Below, one piece after another: positions 46,501-53,077 of a DNA stretch of 64,000 bases. Numbering within the stretch: the first letter of the stretch is position 1; each line of letters starts with the position of its first letter. Below the pieces are notes generated by a model. That model was not told where the DNA came from and did not search any database. It worked only from the letters and a program-made list of their open reading frames with translations. The stretch comes from Elusimicrobia bacterium HGW-Elusimicrobia-1 (GTDB lineage: Bacteria > Elusimicrobiota > Endomicrobiia > PHAN01). The stretch lies in assembly GCA_002841695.1 (NCBI GenBank), contig PHAN01000002.1:90807-154806 (forward strand), written 5' to 3'. Position numbers and translations under genes: made by a program.

Positions 46501-47803
46501 TACCTATCGCGGGGCTGACAGTACCCTTGTCGTCAACTACGGAACGACGTTTGACCCGCGTACCTCCCGCGATGCCATATTCCGCGTGCGTCACTCCACG
46601 GTGGTGACCGGCGGACCAAAAACAATTACGGATTTGGCCGCCGCGACTTCACAGGACGCCGAAGGCGCGGTAGACCTTGACTGGACGTACCCCGGAATTT
46701 GCGGTCACGTGGATTTGCCCATAGGCAGCCGCTACTACATACAGCATTCCACGCATCTGGACGCGCCGTTTAACTGGAATGTGGACAATGCTCAGACGGT
46801 AATCTCCACCGGACCGGTTCTTGTGGGGGAACATCAGTTCTACACCAAGATGTCCTTGGACGAAGGCAACACTTATTATTTCACCGTCTGGTACTGGCAT
46901 TCTGATTTTAACGTCACATCTCTTGCCTCCAACGTCGCGACGTCGTGGGCGTCTCTTATAGCGCCCGCGGCCGTAACGAACCTCACCGCGCTTCCCGCTT
47001 TGCGCGGACGTTCCATCGATCTGGCCTGGACGGCTCCCGGCGACAACGTAATGACCGGCGACATAACAGGCGGCGCGTACCGTCTGAAATATTCCACTTA
47101 TGTCGACGGAGGCGATTCGTTCTGGAACGGCGGCGACTGGACCGACCGCACTTATAAGTATGAGATGATATGGTCGACGGATACCTCGCCCGGTCAGGAT
47201 GAGGCGCTCAACATAACCGCGCTTTCGCCCGGCACGACTTATTATTTCCGGCTTTGGACCCGCGACCGCTTCGAAGACAACTGGTCGAACATTTCAAACG
47301 GGGCCACATCGTGGGCGCAGGTGGTAAATCTTTCCGTCTACGTTCTTGATTCGTCCACTTACAATTTCGGAGCCGTGCCCACTCAAATATCGACCGTGTC
47401 GCTGAACGGAATAATCGTCCGCAACGACGGCAACGTAAATGCGTCCTATTTGTTGCGCATCGCCACCGGCACAGTGCCTCCGGCCAACACTATCTGGGAT
47501 ACATCCACGACTATCGGCGCCAACAGATTCGTGTTAAAAACAATGTTCAAAAACGCCCAGCCGCTCGACGGAGATTTCGGCGCGGCCGCGGGAGACGACG
47601 TGCTCACGCTTGAAGATATTTACGCCACCGGTGTCAACTTTTCCGACGGCACTCACGAAGGCCGCTACATAGAGCCGTTTTTGGCGGCTCCGCTTTTGTC
47701 CGACACGACTTTATGGTTCCGTCTCTCCACGCCGCTTTCCACATCGACCACCGAATATCAGACCATACCGGTGGTAATTACAAGCGAGGAGACGTACCCG
47801 TAA
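40565..47803 (+). CDS. Giant (2412 aa) secreted multidomain surface protein: CBM9/DOMON-like N-terminal domain, FN3 domains, probable beta-propeller repeats
   Basis: Signal peptide MMVKRIFAAIGVWFFLTLCVLRPAFA; N-terminal TITIDAALADWQSNE...FYFTWDASNFYFAY; FN3 signatures TTYWFAVCAYKD, GQYYWRVKARDRGG, TYYFRMWTRDEN, TYYFRLWTRDRF; repeated LYAIRGG / YAIRGGG segments. Confidence 0.8.
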   Translation: MMVKRIFAAIGVWFFLTLCVLRPAFATTNNTITIDAALADWQSNEALGTSFGQFYFTWDASNFYFAYNRGGTFTADPDVVWIYISTVAPTSTAGTFTSVDWTGTHTLPFRAGYVYLFRPNAEYKTYRNWTGSAWSGDWAGSATTSQNYGSGIVEIKIPRADIGNPSSIRVTMYITNGSNNYVFGTTPRENPNGATGRLMGLSWYYPNCSSTGVFPNLIRYRYPGVVIADVSPNAGAAGNDYVTLYNPNDEALYLSNLQSHHGLPTGLVLRFRTYNGATGTNKTLTVVSTNTISSRGFSLLASGTPPKTADITFAAGLDTSDDGVVIAYSNTTTFGTDTWTLTDLFGWGGQTVALEGSAPANPGTADSFQRKAWSTTASSASMRLDGEDTYAGHFMDTHNNSSDFVTLISSYISNNSSDPREGFLGQCWHIPDNTSDLGGISMRNPLTYIYLNTPTTFYVGNYFQGTGNPGDMSGGTLYYKAKTEPSWSSVSFAYDSTSGNNKYWRALLNNSYTAGTTVQYYISVAYADSHDTTLLYYSGGQSRRCYETYIATNTPSEFIVQADAAPDPITPTLSRADEMGAKIYVTWAAQGGMDGYKIYRSSVSAITNGNRGDASHPLDGTATPSAAESYTTSALLPNTTYWFAVCAYKDAVEGDVGSAVAIRTARISIDGSASDWATSVESPWVNESTTTLASGSGTVPYYEWSWRDKAWEQRTDSAQDDRNFDLRNFRVAADEEYIYFYTKYDNITDKDFYHFAVAIDTGGATGLNWLGDDSNSDTNGGTAMGLGGEYVGALKAAAILAFRYISTAGTDFRIHMYKNGGSGWDTPALTGAGNTACWLTTGDGGWMEAKVRRSDIGAAGIKTLKFSAAVFENLLGLIGDVDSTKYYAPDALDAMSIARISAASTYNDSQWGMNSWDEDISDSDADFWAQAQIDASGLKINQPPSAPSLSLPADGAGVDISTPAFSWSDNGDPDSGDAVTSYMIEISTSANFPTLVQCRVNVAGTSWTVPQGVLDQGQYYWRVKARDRGGAASVSSASRSFIVDTSPPDKITNLSALPGDSSSRINLSWTAPGDDGSVGNITGGKYRVKWSTSAVSDWDSGTWTDYVNKYSLEFSTDATPSHTHGLTITGLTAGASCLPSGATYYFRMWTRDENANNWSDISVGATQYSPGSPVGHAHGDRETFTALTSGGAYGSGTNIVYAKTTACGRLFLIRGASNLFYEYDIPNDLWNSKATLPAAAGTGSAMVWVSTGTEAGQSWLYAIRGGAQDHFYRYNIAEDYWQTMANLPDAVAGGAAMVWTGGADIFVSSPAAGGPFWRYNIPNNRWNNVADGGDPADYGVAFGLGGGLTWDGTYVYGLRGGTLKTFKRYSPSGDAWTDLTGAPENVGAGGSLLYTGGNSIYAIRGGGNTDLWHYDIETSSWVVLPNLPSPVGTNTGNRLAYHSDNGALDHLYIWRGATANDLWCFRRDITAPSAIGDLTASVVDGSCVAIRLEWTAPYGDGTENGLTETSQFWIQYSDMDVGWSRANAQVKVTAGPVAAGAPCVYDISVPHWGVSYYFKIWTGDKVKNWSSSSNSGGPISVTTTKTLSGKITNSETGQPIQGVGVGLSGFRNGRTFTDAGGNYSFTVPVCRQYIVMPSSAALHFTTATASGIDSSYPDRYEFSSFPNDRSDLDFVGHPTYGNLYYSTDTLTTTDIVGTTKKMSIRFTANDTRPYNRVYTYNSTAAGNDSYVFELRGDDGDGYPGILLSSSTANIYKNDGWHYATGAWSLTKGTTYHMVIYSTYTAATNYRIRKSAPLSFNRPTDAEPDFAANVLDYGFDDNPDFWMVRNFTPIYYFHYAAPPYYQEGNPFGVISSGAYYQVKGSTCIGQIFTMEKSSVSAKAFHFWVKRSAVQPEDGLYWFLLGPNDSSNVLSSGLLASPEAVATEFNWHISEQMVECPAPLLKGSTYWIILKSTGSTSGYYEFATLNHGATETYRDAITYRGADSTLVVNYGTTFDPRTSRDAIFRVRHSTVVTGGPKTITDLAAATSQDAEGAVDLDWTYPGICGHVDLPIGSRYYIQHSTHLDAPFNWNVDNAQTVISTGPVLVGEHQFYTKMSLDEGNTYYFTVWYWHSDFNVTSLASNVATSWASLIAPAAVTNLTALPALRGRSIDLAWTAPGDNVMTGDITGGAYRLKYSTYVDGGDSFWNGGDWTDRTYKYEMIWSTDTSPGQDEALNITALSPGTTYYFRLWTRDRFEDNWSNISNGATSWAQVVNLSVYVLDSSTYNFGAVPTQISTVSLNGIIVRNDGNVNASYLLRIATGTVPPANTIWDTSTTIGANRFVLKTMFKNAQPLDGDFGAAAGDDVLTLEDIYATGVNFSDGTHEGRYIEPFLAAPLLSDTTLWFRLSTPLSTSTTEYQTIPVVITSEETYP

Positions 47804-47912
47804 AGGGCAGTGGTTAGTGGCGAGTGGTTAGTGGATAGAAAGGGCAGTGGTTAGTTTTTTGTTTTTACTATCCACTATTCACTAACCACTCGCCACTATA
47901 CACTAGCCACTT
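47804..47912. repeat. P2 hairpin (agtggttagtggatag arms around T-rich loop), terminator-like, downstream of giant gene
   Basis: gggcagtggttagtggcgagtggttagtggatagaaagggcagtggttagttttttgtttttactatccactattcactaaccactcgccactata. Confidence 0.7.
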
Positions 47913-47932
47913 ACTTTTGATTGGAGGAAAAA

Positions 47933-48883
47933 ATGAAAAAATTCTCATCGACAGGGTCATTGTTTATTCTCTTGTTTATCGTTTTTACTATCCACTACCC
48001 ACTAACCACTAACCACTGTCTTTACGCCGCCGGTCTCTCGTCTCCCAACGCCTCGATGTATCTGGGTAACCTTAAAATCGGCCAGACGTATTCACTCAGA
48101 CAACTGCTGGGCTACCCATTCAAAGCCACCTACAAAGGACGCTCAATGGCCGACCTGTCCATAAGCGTGATCGCGCTGTCCACCGCGACATCCGACGGAT
48201 ACGAACCCATCCCGTCCAACGACTGGATAGAAATCGAACGCTCGCATTTCTCTCTCGATCCGGGCCAGACCGCCGAAACCGACATCCTCATAAAAATCCC
48301 CGACGACACCGCGCATCTTGACAAAAAATATATCGTCATAATACAGCCACAGTCGGGCGCGCCGCGCGCCAGCGGAGCGGGCATTGTTTTCGGCACGGCG
48401 CTCAGGTGCCAGTTGCGCCTCGACATAGCCGCGCTTCCTCCCACGCCGGACGAAATCCGGCAGTTACGGCGCCTTCGGCACGGACAGTCGGTCGGTGTGG
48501 TTGTGTCTCCGGAAAGAATTTTCGTAAACGAAATCGAGGCGGGAAAAAAGATAGACGTCAAAAAAACTTTCGGCGATGTTATAAAAATAGTGAACTCGTC
48601 GGATTTCGACGTAGAGGCCGTCATAGAGTCCGCCGACCCCGCCAAGTTCGGGATGTTCGCCCCGTCGGGTTATGAAACCGCCCCCGATCACAAATGGCTT
48701 GTGCCCGCAAAAAGAAAAATCAAGATTCAGAAAAACCGCATAGCCGAGGCGCCGGTTACCATAAACATTCCTTCCGGCCCGGAACACGAGGGGAAAAGCT
48801 ACTATTTCGCCATTGCCGTAACCGTCAAATCGCCCATAAGAGAAGTCAATCATCTGGTCAGATTCTTTGTGGATATGAAGTAG
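47933..48883 (+). CDS. Secreted protein A1 of duplicated two-gene cassette (unknown function)
   Basis: ATG 47933 with GGAGGA 5 nt upstream (track start 47921 is TTG); leader SLFILLFIVFTIHYPLTTNHCLYAA; paralogous to 51140..52039 (NLKIG, GYEPxP, HLxKKY, ISAPSGY shared). Confidence 0.7.
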   Translation: MKKFSSTGSLFILLFIVFTIHYPLTTNHCLYAAGLSSPNASMYLGNLKIGQTYSLRQLLGYPFKATYKGRSMADLSISVIALSTATSDGYEPIPSNDWIEIERSHFSLDPGQTAETDILIKIPDDTAHLDKKYIVIIQPQSGAPRASGAGIVFGTALRCQLRLDIAALPPTPDEIRQLRRLRHGQSVGVVVSPERIFVNEIEAGKKIDVKKTFGDVIKIVNSSDFDVEAVIESADPAKFGMFAPSGYETAPDHKWLVPAKRKIKIQKNRIAEAPVTINIPSGPEHEGKSYYFAIAVTVKSPIREVNHLVRFFVDMK

Positions 48884-48925
48884 CAGTGGTTAGTGAAATA
48901 AAAAAAAGTGGTTAGTGGATAGTAA
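48884..48925. repeat. P2 arm copy
   Basis: gcagtggttagtgaaataaaaaaaagtggttagtggatagt. Confidence 0.6.
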
Positions 48926-48948
48926 AAATGAAAAAGGGGGGGAATAGT

Positions 48949-49326
48949 ATGATAGGAGTTAGGAGTTATAAAGATTTAATAATCTGGCGAAAAAGTATGG
49001 AACTTGTAAAAATTGTGTACAAAGCGACCAGTAGTTTCCCGCAAAAAGAATTATTCGGATTGACAAATCAGATGAGAAGGGCAGCCGTATCGATACCTTC
49101 AAATATAGCGGAAGGGCAGGCCAGAAACCATACGAAAGAATTTGTGCAGTTTCTGTATCAGGCGTTGGGCTCCCTGGCGGAACTTGATACACAGGCAATA
49201 ATAGCCAAGGAACTGGGTTATCTAAAAGCAGTGGATAGTGGTGAGTGGATAGAAAGACAAACTGCCGAACTTCAAAAGATGACACACGGCCTACTCAAAA
49301 AACTAACCGCTATAGACAGTGGATAG
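48949..49326 (+). CDS. Four-helix-bundle protein (family formerly called 23S rRNA intervening-sequence protein)
   Basis: SYKDLIIWRKSMELVKIVYK...FGLTNQMRRAAVSIPSNIAEGQAR...ELDTQAIIAKELGYL; AT-rich; start at ATG 48949 after GGGGGG SD preferred over 48928. Confidence 0.8.
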   Translation: MIGVRSYKDLIIWRKSMELVKIVYKATSSFPQKELFGLTNQMRRAAVSIPSNIAEGQARNHTKEFVQFLYQALGSLAELDTQAIIAKELGYLKAVDSGEWIERQTAELQKMTHGLLKKLTAIDSG

Positions 49327-49410
49327 TGGCGAGTGGTTAGTGGATAGAAAGGGCAGTGGTTAGTTTTTTGTTTTTACTATCCACTATTCACTAACCACTA
49401 ACCACTGCCC
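49318..49410. repeat. P2 hairpin, terminator-like
   Basis: gggcagtggttagttttttgtttttactatccactattcactaaccactaaccactgccc (13-bp perfect outer stem). Confidence 0.7.
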
Positions 49411-49668
49411 CTAAAAAACCCTTGACTTTATATAATTATTTTGCTATATACTGTATATCAAACAGGAAGCATACTTCTTAATTTAACATCTTGAATAAAA
49501 TGAGACGTGGGTTGGCCCGCCGAAGAAGGGCAGGAGGTGAAAAAAGGTCGTATGATTCAATCTTTAAAAAGCAATAGAGAAAAAGAGCTCGCGGCGTCGG
49601 TGGTGACGGAGTGCGCACCGTCATCCGTGACAGGCGCGGGCAAAAATCAAAAGGAAGAGGGAGGATTT

Positions 49669-50349
49669 ATGAAGAAGCTATTTTTTATGCTTCTGGCCGC
49701 CTCCGTCGTGGGGCTTTTTGCCTCGACGGTAAAGGCAGCCGACTGGGACAACGCCTACGTCGTAGTGCGTTGCACGGTTAACGTGTCGGTTGATGTCGCC
49801 CCCACAGGCACAGACAACGCCTGGGTGCCATACATCAACGACGCGCCGGGTACCGGACCGTACAACGGCGGTGTCAATCAGATATATGTGTCGACGGGTG
49901 TGGCCGTGAGGAACACAAGTTCTGGTGCCATAACCAACTGGACGCTCCATTTGGTATCGACGCAGACCTATTCGGCTACGCCTGATATAGCCGATTTCGC
50001 CAACACGACGACCGCATATCCGGACTGGACGTACGGCAACAATCTTACGGCCAATGGCCCAAACAAGATTGTAATCGCCGCTGTTTTCAAGAGTAATCCC
50101 GCCGTCTTGGGCGATTACAACGACCTGGACGTGCTCTTCTCCACGGGCACGGTCTATAAGACAGGTTCGGCAGATTTAGGCCCCGCTGCCGACGAATATT
50201 TCGGCGCTGTAGCCAGCGGTAACAACCTGAATATGGTCGCGCCGACAGACACAAGGAACCTGTACTTCAGGGTTCTGACGCCCTCGGCCGTTACGGACAG
50301 TATGTATCGTAAGTTCGAGGTATTGGTCAAGGCCGGTTTAGGTCTATAA
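49669..50349 (+). CDS. Secreted protein B1 of duplicated cassette (beta-sandwich-like, unknown function)
   Basis: ATG 49669 after aaggaagagggagg; signal peptide MKKLFFMLLAASVVGLFASTVKA; paralog of 52272..52955 (AYVVVRCTVNV vs AYITLRCTATV; VRNTSSGAITNWTL vs VRNSGVGSIANWTL). Confidence 0.7.
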   Translation: MKKLFFMLLAASVVGLFASTVKAADWDNAYVVVRCTVNVSVDVAPTGTDNAWVPYINDAPGTGPYNGGVNQIYVSTGVAVRNTSSGAITNWTLHLVSTQTYSATPDIADFANTTTAYPDWTYGNNLTANGPNKIVIAAVFKSNPAVLGDYNDLDVLFSTGTVYKTGSADLGPAADEYFGAVASGNNLNMVAPTDTRNLYFRVLTPSAVTDSMYRKFEVLVKAGLGL

Positions 50350-50630
50350 AGATTAGTCACAGCAGTTTAAGGTCAGCGTAAGTTGGTCTTTGGTATCCCG
50401 CCGTAGTCCGGCGGGACTCCATAGGTTAACAAAATTACTCCCCGTAGAGGTAGACTTCCGTGTCCGCCATCATGGACGCGAATGTTTTCGGGTGTCATTT
50501 TCCCGAGACGTTTGCGACCCCGGAATTATCGGTGGCGCCGATGAAGTCGGCGCCCCATCTGTTTAAAGATTATTTTGCCGTCGCGGCTATGCGCCCGACG
50601 GCTTTTGTTTTTTATAGCCGAATAAACGAT

Positions 50631-51000
50631 TTTGCCGGCGGATGCGGTTGTCTATTCTCTACGGGGAGAAAAAACATCACCCATTCGCCGGCCTTCTTTT
50701 TTGCGGAGCGGAGGTCTATCTCTACGGGGAGAAACGCCTGCCGCTCCGCTTACTATTTTGCAGAAACGCGTCGGGAAAATCCCCCTGTATCCCCCTTTAA
50801 AAAGGGGGAATATCGCACCTCCCCCTTTGGAAAAGGGGGACTGAGGGGGATTTCAAAAAACCATTTTGCCGGCGGACCGGAAGTTTGCCTCTACGGGGAG
50901 TGCATCACTACCGGTCCCGCCGGCTTACTTTTTTTTGCGGACGGACACGAACGTCGAACCTCTACGGGGAGGCAGTACGCATCGCCCGTCCGCATCTTTT
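50631..51000 (+). repeat. Array of four ~70-bp hairpin units with conserved loop motif CTCTACGGGGAG and covarying stems, interrupted by a P1 element (50775-50853)
   Basis: Loops at 50657, 50721, 50890, 50961; stems gccggcg/cgccggc, gcggagcgg/ccgctccgc, gccggcggaccgg/ccggtcccgccggc, gcggacgg/ccgtccgc; each unit followed by a T run; reverse-complement motif ctccccgtagag at 50438. Confidence 0.7.
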
Positions 51001-51056
51001 TCGGGGGGCGTACGAGCCGCCCCTTCAACTATCGGGGGCGGACACGGTTGTCTATT

Positions 51057-51090
51057 ATCGGAGTTTATCCCCGCGAAGGCGGGGAGGGAG
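51057..51090 (+). promoter_or_regulatory. Conserved leader motif TCGGAGTTTATCC-hairpin-GGGAGGGAG, ~50 nt upstream of start codon
   Basis: tcggagtttatccccgcgaaggcggggagggag; copies at 56353-56384 and 58101-58136 with compensatory stem changes. Confidence 0.5.
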
Positions 51091-51139
51091 AAAAACACCG
51101 CCGCGTACCGCCCCCATATTTTCTTATCGGAGAAATATT

Positions 51140-52039
51140 ATGACTAAAAATGTTTTCACCCCGCTTGCTCTGCTGATTTTATCGGCATTTATTGCGCCGC
51201 GCGGTTTGGCGGCGGCCTCGATTGCCACCAATTACTCCGACGTTTACGTGGACAATCTTAAAATCGGCGGCTCCTACAATCTTACGGCCACCGCCAATTA
51301 TCCTATGTGGATATTGTGGAAAGGCGGCGACAGGGCGCTGATAAAAGTGACGCCGAAACTGCCTTTCAAGGAAGTTATGCGCGCGGGATACGAACCCGTG
51401 CCCGATATTTCGTGGATAACGGTTTCAAAAAAAGAGTTTGAACTGATGAGCGACGAAACGGCCAATATCGACGTAACGGTAAACGTGCCAAACGACCCGA
51501 AACATCTGGGCAAAAAATATCAGGCGCTCGTCGAGGTTTCGGCAAATCCGCCCAAGGGTTCGCCCGGCGTCTCGATTGCCCTTGCCGTAAACGGGAAGAT
51601 ACTTATGAGCGTGGCCGGCAAGCCGCCGACCGAAGAGGAATTGTCCGAATTAAGGCGCGAACGAATACGCGCAAGGCGGGGGGTGATCATTGAGCCGGAG
51701 CGGCTTGAGGCATCGGTAAAAGCGGGGGGCATCAACGCCGAATTAACGGCCGACGAACCGCTTAAAATTATCAATTCGTCGAGGGAAAAAGTGTCCGTGA
51801 CGATAGAATCCGTCGCGCCCGAAGTCGCCGGGATATCGGCGCCGTCGGGATATGCCAAGGGCGCGGCCAAGGACATAAGTTTTTCAAAGACGTCGGCGTC
51901 TCTTGAGCCGGACAAGATTGAAAATATCGGAGTGTTTCTCAGGAAAGTGCCGTCGGACAAGTCGTTTTATATTGTCAGAATAACCATAAAGTCGCAGACG
52001 CTTGAAGTCGCAAAATTCGTGAGGGTTTATGTCAACTGA
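51140..52039 (+). CDS. Secreted protein A2 of duplicated cassette (paralog of 47933..48883)
   Basis: ATG 51140 preferred over track start 50885, which lies in the repeat array; signal peptide MTKNVFTPLALLILSAFIAPRGLAAA. Confidence 0.7.
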   Translation: MTKNVFTPLALLILSAFIAPRGLAAASIATNYSDVYVDNLKIGGSYNLTATANYPMWILWKGGDRALIKVTPKLPFKEVMRAGYEPVPDISWITVSKKEFELMSDETANIDVTVNVPNDPKHLGKKYQALVEVSANPPKGSPGVSIALAVNGKILMSVAGKPPTEEELSELRRERIRARRGVIIEPERLEASVKAGGINAELTADEPLKIINSSREKVSVTIESVAPEVAGISAPSGYAKGAAKDISFSKTSASLEPDKIENIGVFLRKVPSDKSFYIVRITIKSQTLEVAKFVRVYVN

Positions 52040-52042
52040 GAA

Positions 52043-52162
52043 AAAGTGGGTAGTGGATAGTGACGAGTGGTTATGGGTAGTGGATAGTGGCGAGTGGTTA
52101 GTGGATAGAAAGGGCAGTGGTTAGTTTTTTGTTTTTACTATCCACTAATCACTATCCACTCT
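52043..52162. repeat. P2 hairpin cluster, terminator-like
   Basis: agtgggtagtggatagtgacgagtggttatgggtagtggatagtggcgagtggttagtggatagaaagggcagtggttagttttttgtttttactatccactaatcactatccact. Confidence 0.7.
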
Positions 52163-52271
52163 CTTTAAAGGAGGCAGTATGAACGGTTTAAGTCGTTTCA
52201 AAGATGTCCCGCAAACGGTGCGGGAAACAAAATCAAGTCCCCCGACGGAAACGCGGGGACAGGGAGGCAGT

Positions 52272-52955
52272 ATGTTTTACAAAGTGAAATCCCGCATAGC
52301 GGGATTCGGAAAGTTGTTGTTGTTATCGGCGGCAGCCGTTGGTCTGGGCGCCATTTCGGCGTCTCAGGCGCAAGCGGCCACGACCGCATCGGCGTATATC
52401 ACGCTGAGATGCACGGCCACCGTCGCCATAGAATTGTTCAGCGGCGGGTCACTTCCGACCTCCGCGACCTTCTATGATTTCGGCGAAGTCGGGGCCGCGG
52501 GCGTTTACGTCTCGGCTAATCCCGTGGGCGTAAGAAACAGCGGAGTGGGTTCCATAGCCAATTGGACGCTCGACATCACGGAAATTACGCAGGACGGCGG
52601 AGCCAGCGCGTGGGTCATAGGAAACACGCCGGGGCTTAACAGAATGACGCTTCACGCAAAGTTCTCGACGAACACGCTTACGTCAGGCGACTTTGATGTG
52701 GCGCTGGATACTGTTTCCACGACGGCTCAGGGCGCCAAGGCCTATCGCCTCGACGTGGTGAACGGCAGCCATTTCTATGACCAGATAGCATCTTATGTCG
52801 AGTCGTCATTCAGTCCCAACGCGTCCAAGGTGCTTCCGGCCAGCTATAGCGCGACGAAGTCCGAGCGTCATATGTGGCTCAAGCTCCAGACGCCTACGGC
52901 ATTTGAAAACGCCAACGCCCTTACAGCCATAACGCTGAGGGTCAGCGCTTACTAA
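52272..52955 (+). CDS. Secreted protein B2 of duplicated cassette (paralog of 49669..50349); alternative start ATG 52179
   Basis: GGGAGG before ATG 52272; signal peptide MFYKVKSRIAGFGKLLLLSAAAVGLGAISASQAQA. Confidence 0.65.
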   Translation: MFYKVKSRIAGFGKLLLLSAAAVGLGAISASQAQAATTASAYITLRCTATVAIELFSGGSLPTSATFYDFGEVGAAGVYVSANPVGVRNSGVGSIANWTLDITEITQDGGASAWVIGNTPGLNRMTLHAKFSTNTLTSGDFDVALDTVSTTAQGAKAYRLDVVNGSHFYDQIASYVESSFSPNASKVLPASYSATKSERHMWLKLQTPTAFENANALTAITLRVSAY

Positions 52956-53077
52956 AAGAAGGCGGAGCGGCAAATCGTCCGCGCCGCGCGCAAAGTCCGT
53001 TTTATCATATTGCGCGCCAAGCGAGACAGGATTTCCGTTTTCCGTCGATGTCTCCTTTGTAACAGGGAGTCGCATCG

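Noticed and set aside
50460-51143. 227-codon plus-strand ORF as a protein-coding gene
   Set aside because: Lies entirely within the hairpin-repeat leader region; translation is low-complexity and repeat-derived; no SD-like start context.
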